A stretch of DNA of 63,888 nt, filler included, from Asterionella formosa (Eukaryota): assembly GCA_002256025.1 (NCBI GenBank). It is 9 parts of 9 records of this genome, joined end to end, with 100 filler letters (N's around TTAATTAATTAA, not from the genome) between each part and the next. Parts side by side here need not be neighbours in the genome. Positions count along the whole stretch, not along the records: positions 43,360 to 50,472 come from NKIB01012526.1; positions 50,573 to 57,673 come from NKIB01012527.1; positions 57,774 to 63,888 come from NKIB01012603.1; 6 more parts are not named here. One strand, 5' to 3'. Positions 46,369 through 59,324 of the stretch are shown here, piece after piece (the first letter of the stretch is position 1; every line of letters starts with the position of its first letter). The position numbers and the translations under genes were made by a program. The notes under the pieces were generated by a model. That model was not told the DNA's origin. It saw only the letters and a program-made list of their open reading frames with translations, and searched no databases.

Positions 46369-47912
46369 TGACATTTAGCAGAGGAATATTGGAGCACGCC
46401 TCTGGTATCATCATTCAATAGGGAACAGGAACAGTAGTATGGTGATGACACATATGACCAATACGTGCATATTTGGCTGAGCTTGAGAGCATGGATTTAT
46501 GGGAGGCTGCCTGCTGCTACCGGCAGTAAGTATATCCAACAGGGCAGGTGATACAATTAAAGAGCACACATTAGTAGAAGTAAACAAGTGGTAACTGTAT
46601 TTCTCTGTGTCCGGTGGCACATGCTTTTGTCGTGCTATATTCAGCGCTTGTTTATATTTTGTTTACTAGTTTATCACTTCTTACCGCTCCTTTGCCTGTG
46701 ATCCATTATACTTCTGCGAAGGGCTTCACATTCCTAAAGAAGCGATCGCTGCTGCATACAAATCGTCAATGCATTGAAACATTGCGCGCTGTAAGTTTGC
46801 TGTTGAAGCCATTTTCCGGTGGATCTTCGCTGCCCATTTGACACTTCAGCATTGTTGCAGGCCACCACCAGTGCATCACAGCTGCAAGCCTCACTACCCA
46901 CTCCCATCGGATAGACTAGGTGTGGCCCCTCATACCATCACACGCTACTCAGTACTGAGTAAAAACGAACGCTCACAACGCCCAAAAGAGCTTAAAAAGT
47001 TTTTTCTTTATCATTCTTATGTTATTCGCTCTCCCAACAGCCAAGGACTCCACTTTCCTCATTGTCTGTGCCAACCCTTCACTCTCGGGAGAAGAGGGGA
47101 GATATTGACTCTATTTGTTCACTCCGCCACCTGAACACATCTGGGTGGAAAGGCAGCATGCAGATAGGGGAGATATGTCTTCATCTGATTGTAGAAGCAA
47201 AGCAGACACGGGAGACATATTACACCAACAAAGCCTACACAGTTACTCTAAAGTCTACAATGACAAAGGCTGCATACAGACAGGGGAGACATATTAGTAC
47301 ACTAAAGACTTTGAACAGATATTTCGAAGCCTACAATGATGGAGAAGGCTGTCTTAGTATGCTCTTGACAAGGCAACAAAATCATGCAGTCTTTGTCCCA
47401 GACAGTACCATGTTACTACCTAATGCTTGAGGAAGGCAATGGATGTAGTAACTGGGAAGAACCATGCACACTTGCCAGCTACCACATGAATTGAGAAGCA
47501 AATTCAACAGATTCATTCATAGATTCATGCTGCAGCAGATCATGTCACACCTAATGCAATCATCTTTTGACCCTAATTCTGGTTAACAAATTGAATGAAG
47601 GGGACAAGTAGCAGAGGAATATTGGAGCATGCCTCTGGTATCACCATTCAATTGTGAACAGGGACATTAGTATGGTGATGACACGTGTGACCAATATGTT
47701 TGTATGTGGCCAAACTTGAGAGCAAGGATTTATGGGGGGCTGCCTAATGCTACTGGCAGTATGTATACCAACAGGGCAGGTAATACATTTATAGAGCACA
47801 CATTATTAGAAGTTAACAATTGGTAACTGTGTTTCTCTGTGTCTGGTGGCATATGCTTTTGTCTTGCTATGGTCAGCGCTTGTTTATAATTTGCTTACTG
47901 GTTCGTTATACA
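46369..47912 (+). mobile_element. Non-autonomous LTR element (TRIM-like) with about 300-bp direct repeats
   Basis: 46369-46676 and about 47603-47912 are colinear repeats (TAGCAGAGGAATATTGGAGCA...CAGCGCTTGTTTATA). The purine run GAATGAAGGGGA precedes the second copy; the interior of about 0.93 kb has no intact ORF. Confidence 0.7.
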
Positions 47913-48487
47913 TAAAGTGAAATAAGGATGACTCTCAGCCAGTTTTTAGGTGATACCCCTTATACTCCGCCGTACTACTTTGTACATACATAATACATAA
48001 TACTACAAGTATTGACGACCCTTTCGTATTGATATGGTCTTTAGTCTATGATACCGGTATCCAATTGTGCAGCTACCGGTAGTCTCCGTTCATAGCTACA
48101 GGTATTCTCTGTACCAGGTAGCATGAAGAAGCCACCGGTAAGAAATAGATGTACGGGACTGACGCAGCATGGCCGTACATTATGTCTTGCATAGACTACA
48201 ACATACCAACTGAACATGTACATGGTAGACCACTACTATGTACTGGTATACCGTAACAAGTACAGAACAGGCGACTGACGTACACCACACTAACCATTGA
48301 AGATTTGGTATTTTGGTTGCTTGGCTGAAACGATGTATGACATTTGCATTGAGCAACTTTAATGCAATGAGATTTGAACTTGTTGCTTTACATCAAGTTG
48401 AACGATTCATCACACATTCATCATCTAACTACTACGGTAGACTAGTCTTGTTATCTGCACTACTACATCAGTTGAACGAGTACTAAA

Positions 48488-49180
48488 ATGTCCACCAAAG
48501 CGCTTCTTTTCCTGGCCTGGGTCAGCATGAGTGCTGCAACAACACACGCCTTTGTTGTTCGCACTACGGCTACGGCTCCTCAATATGCAATCATCCGACC
48601 AACACTACTCTTTGCCGCTGAACAAGTCGAACTCATCACCATGGAAGCTGACGAACGAATGGCCAAGTCAATCCTGAACGTGCAGCAAAATCTGCAAACC
48701 ATTAGGACCGGACGAGCAAATGCCAACATGCTTGATCGGATCCAGGTGGACTACTACGGAGTCATGACACCCATCAACCAAATGGCGAGTATTGGAGTTC
48801 CATCGAGTCAACAACTTTCGGTGGATCCCTTTGACAAGTCAACGTTAAACGCTATTGAACGGGCATTGACAGAAAGCGACTTGGGATTAACACCAAGCAA
48901 CGATGGAACCAAAATTAGGATCAATATTCCAGCACTGACGGAAGAGCGACGTAAGGATATGATGAAATTATGCAAGGGAATTGGAGAGGAGGGAAAGGTG
49001 GCTGTGAGGAACATTAGACGAGACGGAGTGGAGAGCATTAAGAAATTGGACAAGGCAAAGGAAGTGGGAGAGGATGAAGCCAAGGATGGATTGGATGTTA
49101 TGCAGAAGATGACCGATAAGGTTATCAAGCAAATTGACGACATTGTGGCCAAGAAGGAGAAAGAAGTCATGACCGTCTAA
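48488..49180 (+). CDS. frr: Plastid ribosome recycling factor with bipartite presequence
   Basis: IRTGRAN..MLDRIQVDYYG, PFDKS, PALTEERRK and KVAVRNIRRD motifs; signal peptide ending THA-FVV (ASAFAP-type). Confidence 0.95.
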   Translation: MSTKALLFLAWVSMSAATTHAFVVRTTATAPQYAIIRPTLLFAAEQVELITMEADERMAKSILNVQQNLQTIRTGRANANMLDRIQVDYYGVMTPINQMASIGVPSSQQLSVDPFDKSTLNAIERALTESDLGLTPSNDGTKIRINIPALTEERRKDMMKLCKGIGEEGKVAVRNIRRDGVESIKKLDKAKEVGEDEAKDGLDVMQKMTDKVIKQIDDIVAKKEKEVMTV

Positions 49181-49385
49181 AAGTTGGGGGGGGCAGTAGA
49201 ACCTACTTCAAAATATAAAAGAAGTGGCAAAAGTCCACCATCAATCTTTGTTGAATAGGTGCTTTATGCTAGGTTGGACGAGACGTGATCATCAAACATA
49301 TCAAGTTTTCTAGTTGATTAGCTTGGCGATCTATGGGTTGTGTGATCTCACTCTCTCCTTTACAACGAGGAAAGCTGTGAGCGCT

Positions 49386-50125
49386 TTACTTCATGAGGGC
49401 CTCAATTGCTCCCATTCCAGTGATTTGTTCCTGGACCATTAGGCCCATAATGGCCATCATGGCAAGGCGTCCATTGTTCAACTCCTTATTGAGCTTCTCA
49501 GTCTTGACAGCAGGGTCGGAGTATCGAATCCAGTCATCACCACCAACATCTCCAGGAGCAAATCCAGGCTTTTGAGCCCATGTAATGGTCTCCATAAGTC
49601 CAGCGAACAACACAATCTGGGCAACTCCAATAAGTGGAATCTTGGTCAAAGCGGCAAGTCCACTTCCAACATCACTGAACTTCACGTCCTGACTGGTAGA
49701 GAGGTACCCAGGGAATGTGAAGCCAACTTGAGGGGCAAGGTTTCCAATCACCGCCATCATGGCAACGCGCCCATGCTTGATCTCCGAAATACGACGACGT
49801 TCAAAGCTCTTTTCATCGGCCATTAGGTTGAGGGGGTCGAATAGTCCCATGGGGGCAGTGACACCTAGGGTCTTATCCACCGAAAGACTAGTGTCAGGGC
49901 GGTTCGAAGCCTGTGGAGCGAATCCGAAGCTGCAATAAATTGTTGACAACGAGGCAGGTAAGCATTTGCAGGTACAAGTGACGCGGTTTGGAACAGTGAT
50001 AGACAGAAATTCATTGAACATATCTGGCAGCAGTTCTTAAGGACGCTTCTAACAGCCAGCTGCAGCTACTCAACTTACGACGAGGACGCCAAGGAAGCAC
50101 AGATAACGTAAGAAAGCTTCACCAT
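49386..50125 (-). CDS. Fucoxanthin-chlorophyll a/c light-harvesting protein (Lhc/FCP); intron 50078-49930
   Basis: Exon 1 MVKLSYVICASLASS spliced to SFGFAP; GLFDPL, RISEIKHGRVAM and KELNNGRLAMM motifs. Confidence 0.93.
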
Positions 50126-50472
50126 GTTGAAAATTTACAAGATCATTAACAAGGTTGTCAATGGTAAGCTAACACGGTGAACAAGCGCGAAGCAAACTGA
50201 GTTTTGTTGAGAGTTGAACTTCATAGATACAGGAACCTTGGACTCTTGGACTCTTGGTTACCCGGCCAGTTGTTGGTTCTATTAGTACCAGGTACTGTGC
50301 TACTGTAACTTCTCTCTAGAATAAGGCAATATTTCCTGTAGTTTACCAGGTATCGTAAAAATTCGTCATCACGCATCAGCCCGTACCAGGTACCAGGTAC
50401 CGGTGTCATGTATGACAATGAAGTGATGACAGCAGTACCCTGGTACCAGGTAGCAGGTGAAGTATCTAACTA

Positions 50473-50572
50473 NNNNNNNNNNNNNNNNNNNNNNNNNNNN
50501 NNNNNNNNNNNNNNNNTTAATTAATTAANNNNNNNNNNNNNNNNNNNNNNNNNNNNNNNNNNNNNNNNNNNN
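50473..50572. other. Artificial contig linker
   Basis: N44-TTAATTAATTAA-N44. Confidence 0.98.
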
Positions 50573-50710
50573 AGCGGTTTCTTCAGGAGCAGGAGAGTCA
50601 GTGATGCAGCGCCCCGAGTGACTATGGGTGTAATTGTTGTTACTAACATCGCTTGAAGCAACGCCAAGGGCCATCAAAGCCAACAGTAAAAGGGATGGAT
50701 ACGTCTTCAT
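50573..50710 (-). CDS. Secreted protein N-terminal fragment (possibly an M43-like metalloprotease prodomain)
   Basis: Signal peptide MKTYPSLLLLALMALGVAS followed by GRCITDSP; runs off the contig. Family is a guess. Confidence 0.5.
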
Positions 50711-52864
50711 TTTTCTTTTTGTCGTGTCGATTCGCTTTTGTCGGCAGGAGATGCTTAAATCAGAATGCGAGCAATATTTATGAATGTATAAGTGGGAGAC
50801 CGAGAAATCTTTCGGAAATGAATTGATGGGAGAATTGATTAGGCGGTCAATAGATCAGATTGACAAAAAGAAATTATGAAGTGTATTAAGCAAAAACGTT
50901 TCTGAACAGAATGAAGATTGATTTTGGAATGTCACTTATCTTTTTCGAAACAAGACTAGGAGTATCCTAATAATAGACATTGACCACAAAATCAAATTTG
51001 AAACTTTGTGTATCAATACATGTGGATCGTAGTGTCCATAGCCGTGATGTCACACCATTCCACATGAATATCTTTCTATCCTCAATATATCTTGTACACA
51101 AGCCATCACACATAAAGGAAATATGACCGCCGAATTAGAACGACGTATGGCTCAATATAATATTTGTCGCGTCTGTGACCCATATCATCCTGAAAACTGG
51201 CAATAGCTTGCAACTGGTATAATGCAATATTACACAAACATATTCATATTTAGCTATTGGTTGACTTAGTGTGCATGCCGAGTCCTGAATAGAATATATA
51301 TTGTACTAGTCTACCGGTAACAGCTACTCTCATCTTGCCGTAAGTAAACCTACATACACACACGGGTATACGAATACCGGAATCGTCATATTGTCGTTGT
51401 GATTGTATTATTGAGCTGTGTAGGTCTAGTAAGTTATCTTTGTTATTTCACAAGCAAACATCCATCAATGATTATATTAACATTATGTGTGATACATACA
51501 TTAAAAGTGTCGGCTTCCCCGACTTTCCAATTTATGCACCGCTACGTTTGTAAAAATGTTTAGAAGTCGTACCCGCTCGTCAACGTATTGCACCAGTCGT
51601 GACACGAACATGGAAATCGACATCCCGGTAGTCTACTCCCAGGGGTATGTACAAGAAGTGCCTCCGCGAGCAGCAACCTCATCAGCAAAAAAGACACTGC
51701 AGCCAGCCATGGTCGACATAATGACCTGTGCTGGCCAAATATTTTAGTTTATTATTGCACATATTTGGCATTGGTACTCGATCGGTATCTATGTACCGGT
51801 ATTATTAGGCCTACGATTAACTATGTACTGTACATATGTCGTTTGAGGAAAAATATATTTCTCAAATCAGTGCATAAAAATAAGTTAAGATCATGTTCAT
51901 CGGCAAACTTTGTCAACAAATCCGATTTGACAGCGATCTCACAATCCATTACCTTACATAGTTTACTATTGCAGAGTACAAAGGAAATACGAGCAATCGG
52001 TAGTAATGATTGTTCTACCTTTTCATAAGTACAATATGAGCCGCCAATATAGATGGATTGGTATGGTGAAATGCAGGAATATGTTACACATGTGTTGCAT
52101 CTGATTTGGCCATAACTCAATTATCATCATAATGGGCAAGAAAATGACGGACCTTTCTCTTCGAATAGACTCTGAATCGTTGTCTTGGTCAGTCAGGATA
52201 GTTGTCAAGAAAGGAACAAGTCACTCACGGTAATGTCACTGTTTCGGCGGAGCGAGAATCTTCACCGAAAGGGTACCAGGTACGTCATGTTGGCCGATCA
52301 GATCGAATAATGCTCTACTTACTATAAACACGTTTGCAACCACCAAAGATATTTCTGTTGCAAAAGATTCGGCGACCCGCGATAAATTGATCGTTGACAA
52401 AATCGAAAAAATCGATTTGACAAATTTTTAATCATTTGACGGTCATCCTGAAATGGGACATATTTTATTGACATGCACACCACCATTTCAATCTTTCTTC
52501 AACAACATCTCCCTAAAGATGGGTTGGACCCTACTTGAGTTCATTGGTATATTCTCATCTACTGTTGATGTGCACGCACAATTTCCCTGATTTTGAGTCT
52601 TGTTTTATAATGGCAACGAAATCTAGCGTTGAGATCGATTGCTAATACTGGTGAATTTTCCTAAACAATATCGCGGGTTATCTAGATCTCTGTTGTTTTT
52701 CTGAATTACCTTAAACTTGTTTTAGTTTCTGGCCTGAGCACTGGCAAGACATGGTTAGTCCACAGGCGAAGGGCATTGGAGAATAAACAAAATTTTAAAG
52801 GACGTAAACCAAGATTGCCAAATACTCCTGGTTGCCTCATCATTGCCGATAGATATTCCACCTG

Positions 52865-53188
52865 CTAATCTGCAGTGGATTCTAAATTGTTCTCCTTAAT
52901 TAGTGCTCGTCTCGTCAATCGTAGGTACCGCTTGAGATCCACGTCAGGCGTGTCATCGTTATATTCCATTTGTCGAAGCCTGGCAATGGAAGCCTTTGGT
53001 GTTGCCAAAGTGTTTATCCATTCGGGATATTCTTCTCGCTTCAAGACGACAATAGGCTCTTGCCCCTCTTTCAACTGCAATCCAGTGATGACAGTTCCGG
53101 GCTTCATGACCGGACAGACCTTGGTGGCGGAAATGAAGCGCTTGGTAGTACTTGATTGCATTGCTCTGCCAAGGCGTTGCATCATCAT
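52865..53188 (-). CDS. MRPL54: Mitochondrial ribosomal protein mL54
   Basis: Mitochondrial-type presequence; PGTVITGL..KEGQEPI.....EYPEWI...KRYLR..RR..IKENN. Confidence 0.85.
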   Translation of the reverse strand: MMMQRLGRAMQSSTTKRFISATKVCPVMKPGTVITGLQLKEGQEPIVVLKREEYPEWINTLATPKASIARLRQMEYNDDTPDVDLKRYLRLTRRALIKENNLESTAD

Positions 53189-54879
53189 CAATCAAATAAT
53201 CCTCCTGGATGCAAGATTGATGCACAGAGTGAGAAGCGAATGGACTCAAGGTGATATTAAAATGGAGACGGGGATGAAAGTGGTGACAATGAAAACTTAA
53301 GAGATAAAGCGCTATGCAGCATGTGGTGATTTCTTTGATTGTTGCTTGGCTGCAGGAGTGGCGGGGTACCAGTACCAGGTACCTGGTACCTGTTACTTGT
53401 TACCAGGAAGGCCCCGGTAGTGCACGTTTTATGCGCACTTTTCAGTTTCGACTCAAAGCCCAATGATTTGTCCCATGCATATCGGAAGGGTTCGGCTGGC
53501 TTTCCATTCCAAACTCTCATTAGAAACTTTTTATGCTGCTTAATTATCATTCATTAAATCCAAGTTATGTTCTGATTGTTGAAATCATGTTCACCAACTT
53601 CTACTGGAAATAGTATTCAAAAACTGGAAGATGGTTTTGTTATAGAGTTCACAAATTGCTCTGTAACTTCTAGCTAGTTGTAGTCAGCAAATCCTATTCA
53701 TATTCTACGATTTCTAGTCATAGTTAGCAAGTGCTAGTCGTGGTCATCAAGTTTCTAGTCATATGTAGTCACCAACTGGATCAGAACTTGTAAACAAAAG
53801 AGTCATTTTGAAAATATCAATGGACTATTTATCTGATATTGTTAAATAATAGAGAATTTTAAAAATTATTTGGTTTGACCTACAGATTACAGTATTAGCT
53901 TGATCAATTATTTCCATGGTCGCTATCGCCTCTATGTCTTCTGGGGGCGCCGCTCTTGATGAGTAAATCTTTGGGTTGCTGCCACTATTTGCTTTTTCAT
54001 CAGAGGTTGTGTCCAGTTCCGCTGCATTTGACAGCTCCGCCTCTAAATACTGCCTGATGCTATATTCCTCCTTTATCCTGTTCCAGTTGGATAAGTTTCA
54101 CCGAAATGTCGGAGGCTTTCATTGCTTCCATCATTTTTGCTGAATTCAGATCAAATATCTTGGTTTGCTCCTCAATGTTGTCATTCTGGGGAACAATTCT
54201 GCATACTTTTGTTTTCCATCCCACCATAGGTGTTTGTCCTTCTCTGTGGAATGCGGATGTTGGAGTTAGGTTGCTTGATTTGAAATTTCTTTGTTGGAAG
54301 TGGTGTAAATGCCTCGTTTTTCCACTTTTGCAACTTTCGCCTTGTCATTGATGGTTGCTTGTTTTGATGCTCTTCCTGTTGGGGAGAATTCTTGGAATGC
54401 TTGACCTTGTCGTCTACTTCAGTCTTGTGTACCTCTTTCTCTTGTGTAGGTCCAACTTTGGTAATCTCTCCGACCACTACTTCTTCTTCCTTGTTGCTCC
54501 CTCCGTCTTCCATTTTGTCATCTGGTGGCTCTTCATTGTTCTTTCATTCTTGTTCATCATCTTGCTCTGCTGTAATATATATATATATATTTGAATGAAA
54601 TTTTATAGTATGTTAAATCTTAACATCTAATCAAACTTGGGCCTGTGAGACACAAGATGAGAATTTAGTCCCGCCCGGTTCTGAACCACACCTGAGGCCA
54701 ATGGCCCTCAAGTCTTTCAATCTGATGCATGTGCTAGGCAGAGCCAAGCTCCGTCTCCCAGGGTAATTTCACCTTCCCAATGCCATGATGCCTGAATGAA
54801 GATGTTGACTGTTTTAATCCATAAAAGAGTTTGTCCTACTGTGTGATGTTGTCAGCGAACCTTTTCGGGTAGGATAAAC

Positions 54880-57130
54880 AAAGCTTAATCACGTGGGTTG
54901 ATCATCTATTTCATCGCATACAGATGCTTGACCAGGGTGGTGTTCACTTTGGTCTCCATTTTGACCGCCTGTTGTCTCTCGTTTTCTCTGTAAAATAATT
55001 GATTCCTAGACCTCCAGCATGCAAGTCATACTGCCACAGTGATGACACCAGGTAGTCCATTGTTCATCTCTTGCATTGTCATGATGTATCTTTCTTTCTC
55101 TACAGTACTAAAGGGCATTTGAGATTCCCCATTGTCTCCTGCTGATCCTTCCCCCACTGCCTGGTTCCAACCGATGTCCTGTTGGTTTAAAAATGCTTGT
55201 AGTGTTGCTTGTCCAATTTTATCGCCCTGCTGTGGTGTTCTACCTTCCCAACAGACTGGACAGTTAGCAAACCATTGTTGTAGTGGCCCTTTCTCGAAAG
55301 TACTGAAGACGTGTGGGCATGTGTAATGATCATGGAAAGGCTCCATCATATGCATCCAGGTCTGGGCTCATGCCTGGATTGTGTGAGGGCATCTGAGGAT
55401 ATGATCGAAATCTTCATTAAATTTCCCACACTGGGGACACCGCCAGGCGTCACTGAATTTTTCATATTTCCTTCTCTTCTTCATTGTCGCAAATAAGTCA
55501 AATTCGAGTTTAAAGATAGTAGTTAATTGTTCTCCTTTGATTTTTGAGGCTGCTCAGGGTCGTACTTCCCAATCTACCATATTACAGACATCTTTGACTT
55601 CCCACCATGCCCTTGCCATGATGTACTCCACCATTGCTGGTCTATACACTGCCTCTTTGATTGCTGTTGGTAAGTAGCTGGTAACCCATGTGGAACCAAT
55701 CTGTAGTGTCGCCTGATGACCCGGCAGGAGTTGATTTGTGCTCTTTTTTTGTGTTAACATTTGGTGCATGTCCATGCATTGGCAGCAAGCGCATCCAATG
55801 CTTATGGACCTGTGGACTCATAGCTCATGGAAATTCTCTCCGAAGGAACTCAAAAGACTAAATGCATGCCATATGTTCATGCGAGTGCTCATGGTAGCGG
55901 ATCTGGCAGATGGAACTGGCAAATTTATCACCCAGAACATTCTGAAGGGACATCGCCACCAGCAACCCTCCCTGATCATAGCATGGCGTGTATGGCAAAA
56001 AGCCCTCTTCCTTACCTAGTGTCCACCATCCACCAGTAAATTGAGGACCCCTCTGGCTGGGACCATGAATCCTCGCTCTACCTTCCACCAGCAATAGACG
56101 TACTTTGTAGACGTAAAACACAGTTGCTTGATTGAATGTACAAGTAGTGGGATGTTCAAAGTCCATCCACAAGCATATACAACACGTACTTTTGAGATTT
56201 CATACAAGCTATCATTACAAAGGCCCAAATTTCTTCTTCCCATAGTAACTATCACAGCCAAAAATCGCAACATACTTGACATATCTGGCGTGTCTCAGGC
56301 GCACCACCAGGTATGATGCCATTGGAGACTGACTAAAGGGTAGGGTTCTTGTCCCAATGATTAAGATTAGATTCTACAGCAAAATCATAATCAATTTCGC
56401 TATCTCATCTTGGTGACACATGTTACTAAGCAACATTTGTAGTTGCGTAATGCCCTGGTGATCAGTGTAAGTATCTGTGAATTCATATGCACCTAAGGAA
56501 GGGAGGCCGAAAAATAATACCCTTTTTGTGTGTGAATTGAATCCCATTCGTGAAAATATTGTGGGGAAGTAGGACCGATCTATTGTGGCGCACTTGTGTT
56601 GATTGAGGGTTGACCCACACAGAGGGTACTTCATAGTGGGTCAAATCATCACCCTGTATGCTTACATAACTTTGTTCCATTGAAGAGTTGATGCTGATAT
56701 GTTTTGGCTCATAGTCCTGCCTTCGTCTCTGTATCAGATAAGCAATCTCATTGTTGTTGTTGCCATCACATCTTGCTCTGTAATAGTGCTCATTTTGTGA
56801 AAAAATGTCGCTATCTTTTGCTTCTTTCTCTTCTTTTCTCGTCTTGCTTTCATATCAATCCGTTATTTTTCGAGTTTCTTTGCTACACTGTCCATGAAAT
56901 CGCTCATCATTGTGGACTTGTTGAATGCTAAATCGACATTGTTGTGCTCGTAGTTGCTGTTCATCACTCCAGTGCGAAGGTTTGCCTGCTTCTCCTACTT
57001 CTCCTCTTTCTGCATCCACTTTCTGTCAGACTTTAAGACCGTTGATTTGATCTGTCCCACATTGCTGATTCTTTCTTGTGCCGCTCGGTTGGCTGCTCTC
57101 GTTGATCCTTTCGTCATGGTGAACCGGTCG
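54880..57130 (-). mobile_element. Degenerate Ambal-like non-LTR retrotransposon fragments with an internal inversion
   Basis: Minus strand: YPL..STL....C.....MGFN....R...FG....G.....D.Y...G; VDWE; CPQC...DHILRC; QQDIGW; LWRSRN-like. Plus strand 55780-56330: FSPKELKRLNACHMFMRVLMVADLADGTG. Many stops and frameshifts. Confidence 0.7.
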
Positions 57131-57452
57131 TTTTTGCATAAATTTAGCTGTCGGTACCCGGAAGTAGCCGTAGCTATATATTATTACAGAATTTAGTGAT
57201 TCTTTGCTGTACTGCTTTAGGGTCGTTCTTATCATCATGTAACGGCTACTCGATTTAAAACGAAAAAATCCATTCTCCACAAAAATAAAAATGAAATTGT
57301 ATCACCAAAAAGTATCACGAAAATTCAACGGTTACGGGCTGGCTACAAACATGTGCTTTTCCTTCCTGACTACCGGTACATAATGGTACCAAACCAGTCC
57401 TCAAACCATGCAAGAAATCTACGCGAATTATGTATATGGACTACTAGTCAAT

Positions 57453-57628
57453 GGTATTTGCACATGTATTTGTTGTAGTCACGTGATCATTTTCGTATTC
57501 TATTGCCTAGTGCGTGCTGGACGAGAGATAGTAGAATGTACCGGTAGTAGTGACAGCCAAAGCCAAAGTATTTGCACAGCTAGTATATGTCGTAGTCACG
57601 TGATCATTTTCGTTTTCTATTGCCTATT
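57453..57628 (+). repeat. Direct duplication of about 55 bp containing TCACGTGA
   Basis: GTATTTGCACA...GTAGTCACGTGATCATTTTCGT.TTCTATTGCCTA occurs at about 57453 and 57568. Confidence 0.75.
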
Positions 57629-57673
57629 ACCTTGTCATGAATTCCCGGACCAGGTACCAGGGTACCAGGTACC

Positions 57674-57773
57674 NNNNNNNNNNNNNNNNNNNNNNNNNNN
57701 NNNNNNNNNNNNNNNNNTTAATTAATTAANNNNNNNNNNNNNNNNNNNNNNNNNNNNNNNNNNNNNNNNNNNN
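57674..57773. other. Artificial contig linker
   Basis: N44-TTAATTAATTAA-N44. Confidence 0.98.
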
Positions 57774-57815
57774 TCTGGCCAACCTTCCATGTAAATAACT
57801 CGGTTCTGTTTCCTC

Positions 57816-59303
57816 ATGGATGCCTTGGCCTGGGCATATGCTGGCGAAGGAGGCAAGCATGCTATTTTCCAATATATTGGTACTGGCGAATGGGAAGGAC
57901 AAGTCATTCGGCTAAAGAAGAGCGATATTTGTGGAAGTGCCGTCAACGCTCGGATGAAACGCGATGATTCAACTGCCTTTGTCAGAGATATTGTAATACC
58001 CTTACTTTCTCCCTACGTTGATTTGCCCCAGGAAATTCAACTGCCATGGGACTTTGTTTTCGAGCTTCGACAGCAAGCGCTTGCAAGCAGAATGATACCA
58101 AGCGCTCGAATGAAAAGTTGGAACATTGCACTCCAGCAATTTCGGAACAATCAAGTAGCAGTGCCAGCCACATTACTCTGGAACTATAAATGTTTTCCGG
58201 GAGATTCGTGTGCCGGTTGCCTTTCGCTAGAAATCAAACCAAAAGCTGGATATCTGGCAATATCGCCTCTCGTTAGCCATAAAAACCGAGCAAAACACAA
58301 GTACTCTCGCTTTGCGATCCTCCAGGACTTGGCTGCCAAGGGGATAATTAAGAAAGGATGGCAATCGGAGGAAGACTTTTTAAAGAGCGCGTATAATCCT
58401 CTTGATTTTTTTTCAGGCGAATCGGAGAGAATAATCGCTTCGCTACGAAACTTGTTTGTGCAACCACAAAACAATCTCAAGGCTTGGTATGAAAATCGTG
58501 AGCTATTTGGCATATCAGAGAAACACCCCGACTACGAGCACTTTTCCAGAAAGGCCGCCAGAGAAATATTTGGATGTGGTATCAACTACCTTGAGATGCA
58601 GCTGATCCCACTGTTGGCTGAGATCCTCTTGCAAGAGACCCTTTTGTCGGCATTGTTGCGGTTGCAGAAGCTGGATATCATTGACGCTGATGGAGCGATT
58701 CTTATTTTCAATCATTTGCTAGAATTATACCATGGTGATTTCGATGCTGTCAATCGAGTTCTAAGCGAACAACCGGTACTAATCAGCACAAATGATAGAC
58801 AATCAAAACAGGGCCCTAGGATCTTGGAGTCGCCCTTCAAGGATCCAAACTGCCCAACGCTGAAAGCATTGACTGATGAGATTCAAAACTTTGCGAAAAA
58901 TCTGATACATAACCAAATGGACAAGACAGCTATGGACCTGGCTTATGAGCGCGCCATCACCTGTGTCACTCACCTCTCCAAGGAAGCCAGTGTATTTTTA
59001 ATTCAAAACTGGCTTTTTTCGCTTGCTATATCCGACGTGTCCCTTTTCGTTTCGATTCGACGAGCTGACGGCTTTCAGTCGCCACATGATTGGCCATCGA
59101 TAGAAGATGAAAAGCATTGTATCCTTTGTCCCCAATCTGATATCGGACCAGGGCTAGTCGGAAAATTAACGATGGTAGATGGTAAGCAGGACTTCCAAAA
59201 ATGGGCCTATTCCATCAAGCTTGTCGATTGCGATAACAAGCCCGTGTCTAAACTAGAATGTCGAGCAAAGGAGGAAACTATGATTCAATTCTTTCAAAGC
59301 TGA
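57816..59303 (+). CDS. IPK1: Inositol-pentakisphosphate 2-kinase
   Basis: YAGEGGKH, LEIKPKAG, YNPLDFFSG, PQNNLK, SDVSL and KLVDCDNKP motifs. Confidence 0.88.
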   Translation: MDALAWAYAGEGGKHAIFQYIGTGEWEGQVIRLKKSDICGSAVNARMKRDDSTAFVRDIVIPLLSPYVDLPQEIQLPWDFVFELRQQALASRMIPSARMKSWNIALQQFRNNQVAVPATLLWNYKCFPGDSCAGCLSLEIKPKAGYLAISPLVSHKNRAKHKYSRFAILQDLAAKGIIKKGWQSEEDFLKSAYNPLDFFSGESERIIASLRNLFVQPQNNLKAWYENRELFGISEKHPDYEHFSRKAAREIFGCGINYLEMQLIPLLAEILLQETLLSALLRLQKLDIIDADGAILIFNHLLELYHGDFDAVNRVLSEQPVLISTNDRQSKQGPRILESPFKDPNCPTLKALTDEIQNFAKNLIHNQMDKTAMDLAYERAITCVTHLSKEASVFLIQNWLFSLAISDVSLFVSIRRADGFQSPHDWPSIEDEKHCILCPQSDIGPGLVGKLTMVDGKQDFQKWAYSIKLVDCDNKPVSKLECRAKEETMIQFFQS

Positions 59304-59324
59304 AGGATTTCGCTATACTCTTTC

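Noticed and set aside
7134..57773. Regularly spaced TTAATTAATTAA palindromes every ~7.2 kb, and any gene cluster spanning them
   Set aside because: They are artificial six-frame-stop linkers between size-sorted contigs (7131, 7131, 7129, 7118, 7117, 7113 and 7101 bp). Cross-linker neighbourhoods and ORFs ending in X...LIN are artefacts.
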